Positions 1 to 8,842 of a stretch of 32,000 nucleotides of DNA are shown here, piece by piece. Source of the DNA: Candidatus Electronema halotolerans (GTDB lineage Bacteria; Desulfobacterota; Desulfobulbia; Desulfobulbales; Desulfobulbaceae). Each line of letters begins with the position of its first letter. The stretch's first letter is position 1. The stretch spans positions 2,070,001 to 2,102,000 of the forward strand of contig OW818675.1 of assembly GCA_942493095.1 (NCBI GenBank), written 5' to 3'. Below the pieces are notes generated by a model. The model made no database searches, was not told the DNA's origin, and saw only the letters and a list, made by a program, of their open reading frames with translations. Position numbers and translations under genes: made by a program.

Positions 1-65
1 GAATGCAGGCCGCATTACGTCTGTATGTTGAAACACATAAGGCATTCAGTTCCACACGCCCATGA
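1..65 (+). CDS. 3' end of an upstream CDS that runs off the window (possibly pheS)
   Basis: The frame reading ...QAALRLYVETHKAFSSTRP* stops at TGA 63-65 and overlaps the pheT ATG (ATGA coupling). pheS usually precedes pheT, but about 20 residues are too few to confirm this. Confidence 0.3.
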   Translation, partial: MQAALRLYVETHKAFSSTRP

Positions 66-2494
66 AATTCACCCTGATTTGGCTTGGCCAATATATTTCT
101 CTTAACGGCCTGTCCGCAGCACAGCTTGCCGACCGCCTGACCATGCTCGGCTTGGAGGTGGAAGCGGTGCAGAAGCTGTACGCCGGGCTGGAGGCGGTCA
201 AGACCGCAAAAGTTCTGTCCGTGCAGAAGCATCCTAATGCTGACCGGCTGACCTTGTGCGACGTGGAGGTCGGCGGGCAAATCCTGCCTGTTGTCTGCGG
301 CGCGCCCAATGTCCGAGCTGGATTAGTGACCGCCATTGCCCTGCCCGGCGCAAAGCTGCCTGACGGCCTGACGATCAAAAAAGCCAAGGTGCGCGGCCAA
401 GTTTCCGAGGGAATGCTTTGCTCGTGGAAAGAACTGGGCATCAGCGAGGCCAGCTCCGGCATTGTTGAGCTGGATGCCGCCTTGGCATCCGGCCAACCCC
501 TGCGCGAGGCTCTCGGCCTGCACGACACGATGGTCGAAGTTGATCTCACGCCGAATCGGGCCGACTGCGCCAGTGTGCTGGGCATTGCCCGCGAAGTGAG
601 CGGAGTTACAGGCCAGCAGGTCTGCCGTCCTGTAACAACCTTGCCCGATTTGTCTCAACCTGCTGAATTCACGGTTGCTATTGACGAGCCGCAGCTCTGT
701 CCTCGCTATGCGGCCCGCAGACTGACTGACGCGACGATCAAGCCGTCGCCGTGGTGGCTCCAGCGGCTGCTCTTGGCAGTTGGAATGCGTCCGATCAACA
801 ACATTGTTGACATCACCAACTTTGTCATGCTGGAGTATGGCCAGCCGCTTCATGCCTTTGATTATGCGAAGATTGCAGGCAAAGGCATTGTGGTTCGGCA
901 GCCCAAGGCGGATGAGAGCAAGTTCACCACCTTGGACGGCAGCGAGCGCAGTCTTGAGCCGGACATGCTCCTGATTTGTGATCAGGAAAAGCCGGTGGCA
1001 ATGGCCGGGGTCATGGGCGGTCTCAATTCCGAGGTGACAGATGGAACCACGGATATTCTCCTCGAATCGGCCTGCTTTGATCCGGTTTCCATCCGCCGCA
1101 CCGCCCGCCGGCTCAATCTCGCCTCAGAGGCATCCTACCGCTTTGAGCGCGGTGTCAACCCGGACGGCGTGACCGAGGCTCTGGAACGTGCTGCGCAGCT
1201 TATCTGTGAGCTGGCTGGAGCGCAGGCTGCGGACGGCGTTGATTTGTATCCCGGCAAAAAAAAGCTGCTTCAGCTTGAACTGCGGGTGCAGCGGGTCAAC
1301 AACTTGCTCGGCACTGATCTCAGCAGTGGGCAGGTTGCCGCCTGTCTGCGCGGGATTGAATTTGCTGTGGAAGAAGACGGCGAATTGCTGCGCGTGACTG
1401 TGCCAGCCTTCCGCATTGACATTGAACGCGAAGCTGATTTGATCGAGGAAGTGGCCCGCTTGGTCGGCTACAACGAGATTCCGGTCACGCTGCCCAAGAT
1501 GGCAATGGACTGCCCGCAGCCTGCACCGCTCCGCCAACTCCGCAAAAAGATTGCGGCGGCAATGACCGGCCTCGGCTTTTACGAGGCAGTCAATTACTCC
1601 TTTGTCAGCAAAAAGCATAACGACTGGCTCAACTTGGCTGCTGCTGATTCCCGCAGGCAGCAGGTGGAGCTGCTCAATCCTCTCAGTGAAGATCAGGCCG
1701 TGCTGCGCACCATGCTCCTGTCCGGCCTCTTGGACAATGTCCGCCGCAACATCAGCTTTCAGCAGACCGATGTCCGCCTTTTTGAGGTGGGCAAAGTCTT
1801 CGCCTTCACCGCTCCGGGCCAGCAGCCTGTTGAGCGGCACCAGCTCTGCGCCGTGATCAGCGGCAGCCGTTATCCAGAGGCCAGCCCGCTCTATTTTTCC
1901 AGCCAAGAGAGTGATATCTTCGACCTGAAAGGTGCAATGCAGGCTTTGCTTCGGGAACTGCGGCTGGAAGCAGCAGTCAGTTTCGCAGCTTCAGAAGGTC
2001 AGGCAGAGCCTTACGCTGAATCCGGCTGCGCCCTGCGCATCATGGCTGGTGAGCAGCAGCTCGGCCTGATCAGCAAAGTGCCTGCGGCTGTAGCCCGCGC
2101 CTTTGGCATTAAGCAGGAGGTGCATTTCTTGGAACTGGAGCTGGAGCCGCTGAACGTCCTCCCTGCTGCGGCCAAGAGCTTCAGCTCCCTGCCCCGCTAT
2201 CCTTCGGTGCGGCGCGATATCGCCCTGCTGGTGCCGGAACAGATTCCGGCAGGCGATCTCCTGCAAGATATTCTTGACCACAAGATGCAGGATGTGGTAT
2301 ATGCTGATATTTTTGATGTCTATAGCGGCAAGCCGATTGCCGACGGCATGAAAAGCGTGGCCTTGACCGTCACCTACCGTTCTGCGGAAAGGACGCTGGA
2401 TGATGAGACGGTCAACGGCTTTCACGAAAAAATAGTCAGCTCGCTGATCTCCCGCTTTGGCGGGCAGTATCGGGACGGAAAGGATGCAGGATGA
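62..2494 (+). CDS. pheT: phenylalanine--tRNA ligase beta subunit
   Basis: 810-aa ORF. It has an N-terminal tRNA-binding domain (KTAKVLSVQKHPNADRLTLCDVEVG), B3/4 and B5 regions and a C-terminal FDX-ACB-like domain (SLPRYPSVRRDIALLV). Length and order are typical of bacterial PheT. Confidence 0.95.
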   Translation: MKFTLIWLGQYISLNGLSAAQLADRLTMLGLEVEAVQKLYAGLEAVKTAKVLSVQKHPNADRLTLCDVEVGGQILPVVCGAPNVRAGLVTAIALPGAKLPDGLTIKKAKVRGQVSEGMLCSWKELGISEASSGIVELDAALASGQPLREALGLHDTMVEVDLTPNRADCASVLGIAREVSGVTGQQVCRPVTTLPDLSQPAEFTVAIDEPQLCPRYAARRLTDATIKPSPWWLQRLLLAVGMRPINNIVDITNFVMLEYGQPLHAFDYAKIAGKGIVVRQPKADESKFTTLDGSERSLEPDMLLICDQEKPVAMAGVMGGLNSEVTDGTTDILLESACFDPVSIRRTARRLNLASEASYRFERGVNPDGVTEALERAAQLICELAGAQAADGVDLYPGKKKLLQLELRVQRVNNLLGTDLSSGQVAACLRGIEFAVEEDGELLRVTVPAFRIDIEREADLIEEVARLVGYNEIPVTLPKMAMDCPQPAPLRQLRKKIAAAMTGLGFYEAVNYSFVSKKHNDWLNLAAADSRRQQVELLNPLSEDQAVLRTMLLSGLLDNVRRNISFQQTDVRLFEVGKVFAFTAPGQQPVERHQLCAVISGSRYPEASPLYFSSQESDIFDLKGAMQALLRELRLEAAVSFAASEGQAEPYAESGCALRIMAGEQQLGLISKVPAAVARAFGIKQEVHFLELELEPLNVLPAAAKSFSSLPRYPSVRRDIALLVPEQIPAGDLLQDILDHKMQDVVYADIFDVYSGKPIADGMKSVALTVTYRSAERTLDDETVNGFHEKIVSSLISRFGGQYRDGKDAG

Positions 2495-2820
2495 TGAAAG
2501 AAGAGCAAGAACAAGAGGAGCGGCGGCAGGGCAATGTCACCCGCAAGGAGCTGTCGATTTCCATTAACGAGAAATTGGGCATCTCCCAGCGCAATGCCGC
2601 CAAGATGGTGGACACAATTTTTTCAGCCATGAAGGACACGCTGGTGAGCGGCGAATCGCTCAAGCTGGTCCAATTCGGCACCCTGACAGTGCGTGGCAAA
2701 TCGCCCCGCCGGGGCCGCAATCCACGCACTGGCGAGAGCATGACCATCACCAAGCGAAAAATGGTTTCCTTCCGTCCCTCAAAACGGCTGCGTGATCTGC
2801 TCAACACAGACGAAAACTGA
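2491..2820 (+). CDS. ihfA: integration host factor alpha / HU-family DNA-binding protein
   Basis: The ATG overlaps the pheT stop (ATGATGA). It carries the HU/IHF signature GFGTF-like core (LVQFGTLTVRGKSPRRGRNPRTGESMTITKRKMVSFRPSKRL). The pheT-ihfA order is classical. Confidence 0.85.
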   Translation: MMKEEQEQEERRQGNVTRKELSISINEKLGISQRNAAKMVDTIFSAMKDTLVSGESLKLVQFGTLTVRGKSPRRGRNPRTGESMTITKRKMVSFRPSKRLRDLLNTDEN

Positions 2821-2840
2821 GGCGGCTGGCAAAGTAGCTG

Positions 2841-2870
2841 TTGACAGTCCTTGCCGGAAAATGGTACATA
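2841..2870 (+). promoter_or_regulatory. sigma70-type promoter for tRNA-Pro
   Basis: TTGACA (2841-2846), an 18-nt spacer, then TACATA (2865-2870) preceded by TGg (extended -10). It lies about 19 nt upstream of the tRNA 5' end. Confidence 0.5.
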
Positions 2871-2888
2871 AGGGGCAGCATAAGATTT

Positions 2889-2965
2889 CGGAACGTAGCG
2901 CAGTCTGGTAGCGCACCTGAATGGGGTTCAGGGGGCCGGAGGTTCAAATCCTCTCGTTCCGACCA
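2889..2965 (+). tRNA. tRNA-Pro, anticodon GGG
   Basis: Hand-folded 77-nt cloverleaf. Acceptor stem CGGAACG/CGTTCCG; D arm GCGC-AGTCTGGTA-GCGC; anticodon arm CCTGA-ATGGGGT-TCAGG (T33, GGG, G37). T arm GGAGG-TTCAAAT-CCTCT; encoded CCA. Confidence 0.9.
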
Positions 2966-2974
2966 GCAAATACA

Positions 2975-3007
2975 AGGAGTTGAGCGGAGACGCTTAACTC
3001 CTTTTTT
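2975..3007 (+). terminator. rho-independent terminator after tRNA-Pro
   Basis: 12-bp stem AGGAGTTGAGCG / CGCTTAACTCCT (one G-U pair), GAGA loop, then a TTTTT run. Confidence 0.75.
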
Positions 3008-3160
3008 CTTTCAGCTGCCGCCCCCATCCTGCTCCCACTTTTTTGCTCATGAGGTGAAAAAGCCGCCCGCAACATCTCCTTTCATTTCATCCAGACCAAA
3101 AGCAGCGTATATTGTCAGGCCAATGCTAAACATGAAACGAAGACTGCTTATCCTGCCAAG

Positions 3161-4603
3161 ATGATCTACACCAACCTGCTTTCTTTTCTCATTGTTATTT
3201 TTGTCCTCTCCCTTGCCGAGGCTCCTGTCCGGCCTCTGCTTGCGCCGCAGCTTGGCCTGCCGCTCTTTGTCCTGATTCTGCTGCTGTTTCATCGCCTTGC
3301 AGGCAGAGAGCATCGGAACATGCTGCATTTGGGCGGGGCAAAAAGGTATTTTGCCGCAGAAAAGAAACTCACCCTGCTGGCCGTGCTGTTTTTCACCTTC
3401 TCGGTCTTTGCCTTTGATTTGAAATATTATCTTGCGCCGCTCTCCTTGGGCGGCAGGCTGCCGGTGCTGACTGATTCAGGCGGCCTGCTCCTTTTTTTCC
3501 TCTTCCTGCTTGTGATGTGGCTGCAGGCCAGAGCCAACTATTCAGCTCTGTTCGGCGGCGGTTACTCCCCGGCCCGCTTTGCCAGTCTCAACCTGCAGGC
3601 CAGTCTGCCGATCATCCTGCCGTGGCTGCTGCTGTCCCTGTTTTTTGACCTGCTCCTGCTGCTGCCATTCCCTGGACTGCACCGTCTCTTGGATTCAGCA
3701 TGGGGCAATCTGCTCATCGTCCTGCCCGCCCTGCTGCTGGTGCTTGTTTTTCTCCCAGCCTTGGTCTGGCGGCTCTGGAACTGTTCGCCCCTGCCGCCGG
3801 GGCCACAGCGCAGCATGGTCGAAAAGTTCTGCCGCCGCCAGAACTTTGCCGCCAGCATTCTGCGCTGGCCGCTTTATGAAGGCCGGATGCTGACTGCCGC
3901 CGTGATGGGGCTTGCCCCGCGCTTTCGCTATCTGCTCCTGACTCCGGCCCTGCTCGACCTGCTCGATCAGGAGGAGCTGGAATCGGTGCTGGCTCATGAA
4001 ATCGGCCATATCCGACATTGGCATCTGCTGCTTTACCTTTTCCTTCTGCTCGGTTTCAGCCTGCTGGCCGAAACCTTGGCCCAGCAGCTTCTTGTCCTGT
4101 TCTTCAGCAGCAGCTGGTTTTGGCAGCTGGCACTCTGGTCAAATGTTGCCGCAGAGCGGCTGGCTGATGTCTTATCTGGAGCAGCACTGCTCATCCTGCT
4201 GGTGCTTTTTTTTCGCTTCCTGTTCGGCTGGTTCATCCGTAATTTTGAGCGGCAGGCTGATCTGAACGCCTATCGGACGCAGCAGAGCAGCCTGCCGCTG
4301 ATTCGCGCCTTTGAAAAAATTGCGGCCATGAGCGGCAATATTCGCGAGCAGAAAAACTGGCATCATTTCGGCATTGGTGAGCGAATTGACTTTCTGGCCC
4401 GCTGTGAAAGCCGTCCTGCCTTGGCCAAGCAGCATGACCGCAAAGTCCGTCTTGCCCTTGCCGCCTATTTTCTCCTGATTGGCTTGACGGTCTGGCTGGT
4501 GCCTGCGCCAAACCCGGACAGCGTCAACCGCCGCACTCGTGCCGCCCAGCTTGAAGTGCTGCTGCAACAGTCAGGGGAAGACAGCCCAGCGCAGCAGCAC
4601 TGA
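3161..4603 (+). CDS. polytopic membrane M48-family zinc metalloprotease
   Basis: 480-aa ORF with many hydrophobic Leu/Phe-rich segments. It has an HExxH motif (LAHEIGHIRHW) and a downstream Glu ligand context (NFERQADLNAY), as in HtpX/Ste24-type peptidases. The start is the first ATG in frame and has no clear SD. Confidence 0.75.
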   Translation: MIYTNLLSFLIVIFVLSLAEAPVRPLLAPQLGLPLFVLILLLFHRLAGREHRNMLHLGGAKRYFAAEKKLTLLAVLFFTFSVFAFDLKYYLAPLSLGGRLPVLTDSGGLLLFFLFLLVMWLQARANYSALFGGGYSPARFASLNLQASLPIILPWLLLSLFFDLLLLLPFPGLHRLLDSAWGNLLIVLPALLLVLVFLPALVWRLWNCSPLPPGPQRSMVEKFCRRQNFAASILRWPLYEGRMLTAAVMGLAPRFRYLLLTPALLDLLDQEELESVLAHEIGHIRHWHLLLYLFLLLGFSLLAETLAQQLLVLFFSSSWFWQLALWSNVAAERLADVLSGAALLILLVLFFRFLFGWFIRNFERQADLNAYRTQQSSLPLIRAFEKIAAMSGNIREQKNWHHFGIGERIDFLARCESRPALAKQHDRKVRLALAAYFLLIGLTVWLVPAPNPDSVNRRTRAAQLEVLLQQSGEDSPAQQH

Positions 4604-4618
4604 TCAGCAAAAAATGTA

Positions 4619-4647
4619 TTGAATGCAGGACAGTCATGGGCTATGCT
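4619..4647 (+). promoter_or_regulatory. candidate sigma70 promoter upstream of aroB
   Basis: TTGAAT (4619-4624), a 17-nt spacer, then TATGCT (4642-4647). This would give a leader of about 140 nt. Confidence 0.3.
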
Positions 4648-4792
4648 GCGGAGACTGAGTAAAAGCTACAGTGAGCGGTGGCTATCTGGCCACATAGCAG
4701 GCGGATTTGCAGGACATTTTCAGAATCCTGAAAGCACTCAAAACGATTATCAGCAGTTTCATCAGGGACGGGAAACAAGGAGCGGCGGGACA

Positions 4793-5872
4793 ATGACAGA
4801 AACCGTGGTGACAGTCGGGCTTGGTGAACGGAGTTACCCGATTCGGATCAGCTCCGGCCTGCTGGAGCTGATCGGCCCGGATTTGCGCGAACGGCAGATC
4901 GGCAGCAAATACGGCGTGATCAGCGATGACCGGGTGGCAGCCTTGTACGGCGACCGTTTCATGCAGTCCTTGGCTGACGCAGGCATCCGAGCCGAGCTGA
5001 TCACCTTTCCGGCAGGCGAGGCCAGCAAGCATCTTCAGACGATTGCCGCCCTTTCCAGCGAACTGGCCCAGCGCGGCTTTGACCGCAAAGATGCCCTGAT
5101 CGCCCTTGGCGGCGGCGTGACCGGCGACATCACCGGCTTTCTCGCCTCCATCTATCTGCGCGGCATTCCTTTTGTTCAAGTGCCGACCACCCTGCTTTCG
5201 CAGGTTGACAGCTCAGTAGGCGGCAAGACCGGCGTTGACCTGCCGGAAGGCAAGAATCTGATTGGCACCTTTTATCAACCCAAGGCGGTGTATATTGATC
5301 TGGATGTGCTGCAAACCCTGCCAGATGAGGAGCTGCGCGGCGGCTTGGCTGAGGTGATCAAGTACGGGGTGATCAAGGATGCCGAGTTTTTTGCCTTTCT
5401 GGAGGAAAACCGGGAAGCGGCGCTGGCCTTGCAGCCGAAAGTGCTGACCAAGGTCATTGCCCGCTGCTGCGAGATCAAAGCCTGGGTGGTGGAGCAGGAC
5501 GAGCGGGAAGGCGGCCTGCGCCGGATTCTCAACTTTGGCCACACCATCGGCCATGCAGTGGAGGCGGCTTCTGAGTTCCGCCTGATTCATGGCTATGCAG
5601 TGGCAATCGGCATGGTCGCGGCAGCGGAACTGGCCGTGCGCAGCGGCTGTCTTGCCGCCCAAGAAGCGGCGCGAATTCACTCGCTGATTGCCGCCTATGG
5701 CCTGCCGACGGCCATTCCTGCTGATCTTGACCGCAAGGTCATCAAGGCATATCTGCGCAATGATAAAAAGACCGTCGGCGGCAGGGTCTTCTATGTTCTC
5801 CCGGAAGCTGTCGGCAGGGTGAAAATTACTGATCAGGTGCGGGAACAGGCTGTTGATGCGCTGCTGCAATAA
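4793..5872 (+). CDS. aroB: 3-dehydroquinate synthase
   Basis: Glycine-rich NAD site (ALGGGVTGDITGF). VPTTLLSQVDSSVGGKTGV and LNFGHTIGHAVE motifs are present. I chose ATG 4793 (MTETVV...) because AAGGAG lies 11 nt upstream; the ORF-track start at 4619 adds a non-homologous 58-aa extension. Confidence 0.9.
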   Translation: MTETVVTVGLGERSYPIRISSGLLELIGPDLRERQIGSKYGVISDDRVAALYGDRFMQSLADAGIRAELITFPAGEASKHLQTIAALSSELAQRGFDRKDALIALGGGVTGDITGFLASIYLRGIPFVQVPTTLLSQVDSSVGGKTGVDLPEGKNLIGTFYQPKAVYIDLDVLQTLPDEELRGGLAEVIKYGVIKDAEFFAFLEENREAALALQPKVLTKVIARCCEIKAWVVEQDEREGGLRRILNFGHTIGHAVEAASEFRLIHGYAVAIGMVAAAELAVRSGCLAAQEAARIHSLIAAYGLPTAIPADLDRKVIKAYLRNDKKTVGGRVFYVLPEAVGRVKITDQVREQAVDALLQ

Positions 5873-5878
5873 AAAGTT

Positions 5879-5907
5879 TTGTCTTGTCGTTCTTTTTCTG
5901 GTATCTT
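5879..5907 (+). promoter_or_regulatory. candidate sigma70 promoter for the Cys-rich secreted protein gene
   Basis: TTGTCT (5879-5884), a 17-nt spacer, then TATCTT (5902-5907). Confidence 0.3.
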
Positions 5908-5938
5908 GGAAGAAAACTAATCTGTGGAGGATGTCGCT

Positions 5939-7414
5939 ATGAAAAAAATTTTCCTGTTGAGCGCGCTGGCCGCTGCCGCCGCCATGCCGGGAACCGCTTC
6001 TGCCAATCTGCTGCTGGACCTGCCGCCAATTCTGGCGGGGCAACCATGTTGCAATCCTTGTGAAACAACTTGCATCAAACCCTGCACCACCTGCACCACC
6101 TGCTGCGGAACAACCTGCATGGACAGCAGCACAACTTGTTCAATTTGCTGCTATGGCACATGCAGCACCACAACATGTTCTGACCCTAAATGCACAGTAG
6201 ATACAGTAGCGACGGATTGCGGCGGAGCTGACAAATTTTGCTGCGGTGGCCAATGCAGTGACACCGCATGTCAATGCACAGAGGCGACGCAAGAAGCCGA
6301 TTGCGGCACTGGCAACTATTGCTGCGATGGCGTATGCAACGCTACTTCATGTCCTGAATGCGCAGCAAATACTGATTGCACCACTGGGGATTTACAATAT
6401 TGCAGCTCTGGTCGATGCGTTGAATGCACACAGAATTCTCATTGCGATGAGGCCAATGGCGAACAGTGCTTCTCTGGCCAATGTCGTGTTCCAAGTGACA
6501 GTACATTGAACGACACTGGTATAATGTGGTCCGGCAAGACATCAACAGATGGAAATGATGATAATTGCGTTGACACTAATCAAGACTGTGGTATAAAAAA
6601 CGAATTTAGTTTCACTGCATCAGGGGATTGTGTTCAGGACAACGTCACAGGTCTTACTTGGTCACCAGATCAGGGAACTGCTGTTTGGACTGGTATTGCG
6701 AGCAAAGCAACCTCTGCAAAAAACAGCAGCTTATGCGGCAAGACAGACTGGCGTGCCCCAACCCTGAAGGAACTATTGAGCATAGTTTCTTATAACGATA
6801 TGTCTTCCACCCCGCTTGTCGATTCCAGCTTCTCTATAACACTCAAGACTGATAAGCCTTATTGGAGCGGAACATCTACAAGCGATTCAACAAAAGCATG
6901 GGGTGCCAGTTTTTTAAGTGGTTGGTCATCGCAACTCGCGAAAAGCGACAGTTATAATGTGATTCTGGTTTCCGGCGCAACAACTCCCACGCCCAGCTTT
7001 TCAGTTGATGATACAGCAGGAACTGTTACAGACAACAACACCAAGCTGATATGGACAAAATGCTTGGCGGGCTACTCTGGAACCGATTGCGGGACAACAG
7101 GCACCCAAACAACATTTACTTGGGCAGAAGCCTTGACTTACGCTGCCTCTGCTGGCCCTGACTGGCGGCTGCCTAATCTCAAAGAGCTTCAGTCCATTGT
7201 TAAGGAGGATGCTTCAAAGCCTGCAATAGACAGTAAGTTCCCGAACGCTAACCACAGCGTGTGGACATCTTCACCCTCGTCTCTAACAGGCAGTGTCGGC
7301 GGTGTCACGAAATGGAAATCATGGATTATTGACTTTTCATCTGGCAGCATTGGAGATTCCTTCCGGGATAACGCTCTTCGCGTCCGCCTCGTGAAAGATG
7401 CCCCGGCCAACTGA
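5939..7414 (+). CDS. secreted cysteine-rich repeat protein with two DUF1566 (Lcl C-terminal-like) domains
   Basis: GGAGG lies 8 nt upstream of ATG 5939. Signal peptide MKKIFLLSALAAAAAMPGTASA. There are 34 Cys between ORF-track residues 42 and 187, including four DC-x-CC-x-C-x-C type repeats. Two copies of the DUF1566 hallmark are present (TGLTW...DWRAPTLKELLSIV and KLIWTKC...DWRLPNLKELQSIV). Confidence 0.8.
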   Translation: MKKIFLLSALAAAAAMPGTASANLLLDLPPILAGQPCCNPCETTCIKPCTTCTTCCGTTCMDSSTTCSICCYGTCSTTTCSDPKCTVDTVATDCGGADKFCCGGQCSDTACQCTEATQEADCGTGNYCCDGVCNATSCPECAANTDCTTGDLQYCSSGRCVECTQNSHCDEANGEQCFSGQCRVPSDSTLNDTGIMWSGKTSTDGNDDNCVDTNQDCGIKNEFSFTASGDCVQDNVTGLTWSPDQGTAVWTGIASKATSAKNSSLCGKTDWRAPTLKELLSIVSYNDMSSTPLVDSSFSITLKTDKPYWSGTSTSDSTKAWGASFLSGWSSQLAKSDSYNVILVSGATTPTPSFSVDDTAGTVTDNNTKLIWTKCLAGYSGTDCGTTGTQTTFTWAEALTYAASAGPDWRLPNLKELQSIVKEDASKPAIDSKFPNANHSVWTSSPSSLTGSVGGVTKWKSWIIDFSSGSIGDSFRDNALRVRLVKDAPAN

Positions 7415-7471
7415 ACCGAACGTAAGGTAAAACCAGCTCAATCGCATCTGCTGGTTGAGAAAAACAAAAAG

Positions 7472-7503
7472 ATCAGGTATCCTTGCGGATGCCTGATTTT
7501 TTT
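7472..7503 (+). terminator. rho-independent terminator
   Basis: 11-bp stem ATCAGGTATCC / GGATGCCTGAT (one G-U pair), TTGC loop, T-run at 7498-7503. A second hairpin, AACCAGC/GCTGGTT, precedes it at 7431-7456. Confidence 0.7.
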
Positions 7504-7554
7504 GTTCGTGCGGGACAGCACCGCATATCAACAATCTGCAATTAACTGAAATCT

Positions 7555-8052
7555 ATGCCGATCTACGAATTTCTCTGCCCAGACTGCAACACGATCTTCA
7601 ACTTTCTTTCCAACCGGATCAACACCGACAAACGCCCAGACTGCCCCAAGTGCGGCAGAAAGGAGCTGGAGCGGCAGGTTTCTCACTTTGCCGTGATCGG
7701 CAGGGCGAAAGAGGAAAGCGAAGAGGATATGCTGGCCGGGCTGGATGAGACCAAGATGGAACATGCCTTGGAAGGGCTGATGCGCGAGGCTGAGGGCATG
7801 AACGAGGACGATCCCCGCCAGATGGCCCAGCTCATGCGTAAGTTCTCGGATAAAACCGGCATCAGCCTTGGCGAGCCAATGGAGGAGGCCATTGCCCGGA
7901 TGGAGGCTGGCGAAGACCCGGATGCCATTGAAAAGGACATGGGCGACCTGCTTGAATCGGACGATGCTTTTTCCTTGGAAGGGCTGAAGAAAAAAATCCG
8001 TTCTTCCGGCCCCAAGCCGCCGATTCGCGACGAAACTCTGTATCAGCTATAG
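7555..8052 (+). CDS. FmdB-family zinc-ribbon protein (CxxC-CxxC) with an acidic C-terminal tail
   Basis: The N-terminus MPIYEFLCPDCNTIF...RPDCPKCGRKELERQVS matches the FmdB/CxxC_CxxC_SSSS regulatory zinc-ribbon pattern. Confidence 0.75.
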   Translation: MPIYEFLCPDCNTIFNFLSNRINTDKRPDCPKCGRKELERQVSHFAVIGRAKEESEEDMLAGLDETKMEHALEGLMREAEGMNEDDPRQMAQLMRKFSDKTGISLGEPMEEAIARMEAGEDPDAIEKDMGDLLESDDAFSLEGLKKKIRSSGPKPPIRDETLYQL

Positions 8053-8097
8053 TTCCGGCTTCGCTCAGGGTGCCTGTCAGGGCAACCGTATAGGGTT

Positions 8098-8184
8098 CCT
8101 CGAAAAATACTGTTTATTACCAGCGTAACGGAATAATCAGGCAGTTGCAGAGCAATACCTGCCGAACACACCAATTTTTCGAGG
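8098..8184. repeat. 11-bp perfect inverted repeat enclosing about 65 bp in a convergent intergenic region
   Basis: CCTCGAAAAAT (8098-8108) pairs with ATTTTTCGAGG (8174-8184). Both arms abut GGTTCC. An inner GGCAG/CTGCC hairpin is present. Confidence 0.4.
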
Positions 8185-8216
8185 TTCCCCTCAATAGATT
8201 GCAGCAGACGTGACGG

Positions 8217-8825
8217 TCACGAAAAATCCCGCTGATGCAGCAACGTGTAGGTAAACTTGTTGCCAAAGGCCGCTTTCCCAGCCTTGCACTTCAGGATGAA
8301 GTCAGCAAACTGCCGCTGATCTTCAAAGACCTGACAGCCTGCCGAGAACTTCTGCTTCTGCACATACTCATCCGTGGTGCGATGGATGTTAATGCCGAAC
8401 TTGCCGGTTTGGGTGCTGGAGGCGACAAGGTTCAGCTTGTCGTCCCGGTTGTCATCCCGATACACTGTCACTTCGCCCAGCCGCTGGCACAGGGCTAAGT
8501 GGCCGCTCCGCAGGCCCCGGTTGTGAACATCGAGCTTGTACGCGCCCCGATACTGGCCTTCCTTGAGAATCGCCGTGCCGCGCCAGTTGACCGGATGCTT
8601 CAAATAGCTGATGCTGGGATCAGTGGTGATGTGATAATAGTAGATTTCCCAGATGCCGCAGAATCTGTGAAACACGCAGAGGGTGTCATTGAACAGACCC
8701 GGAGTCGGGTCTGAGGAGCGGATGCCGACGATATTGAGATTCCAGTCAATCTCAGGCGTGTCATAGACCTTGCAGCCCTTGGCCTGCATGACCTTGATCA
8801 CTTCTTCGACAGAAGGTCTGAACAT
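8217..8825 (-). CDS. leaderless YkuD-fold (L,D-transpeptidase/L,D-peptidase-like) protein
   Basis: GAGGAG SD lies 17 nt after the upstream stop. The motif GINIHRTTDEYVQKQKFSAGCQVF fits the YkuD catalytic pattern H-x(14-17)-[ST]-x-G-C. NLNIVGIRS and the C-terminal FTYTLL resemble phage/prophage members of this family as I recall them. No signal peptide is visible. Confidence 0.55.
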   Translation of the reverse strand: MFRPSVEEVIKVMQAKGCKVYDTPEIDWNLNIVGIRSSDPTPGLFNDTLCVFHRFCGIWEIYYYHITTDPSISYLKHPVNWRGTAILKEGQYRGAYKLDVHNRGLRSGHLALCQRLGEVTVYRDDNRDDKLNLVASSTQTGKFGINIHRTTDEYVQKQKFSAGCQVFEDQRQFADFILKCKAGKAAFGNKFTYTLLHQRDFS

Positions 8826-8842
8826 GATTGCTTCTCCTCAGC

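Noticed and set aside
3086-3113. TTCATC-N16-TATATT as a promoter for the M48 protease gene
   Set aside because: The -35 is poor and there is no supporting evidence. It is noted only as a possibility.
2841-3164. 107-aa ORF spanning the tRNA region
   Set aside because: It reads straight through tRNA-Pro and its terminator, so it is a spurious ORF.
4619-4792. N-terminal 58-aa extension of the aroB ORF (similar extensions: rel 19351-19470 and the epimerase 13353-13409)
   Set aside because: The extensions have no homology-like content and precede internal ATGs with good SDs, or precede the expected N-terminal motif.
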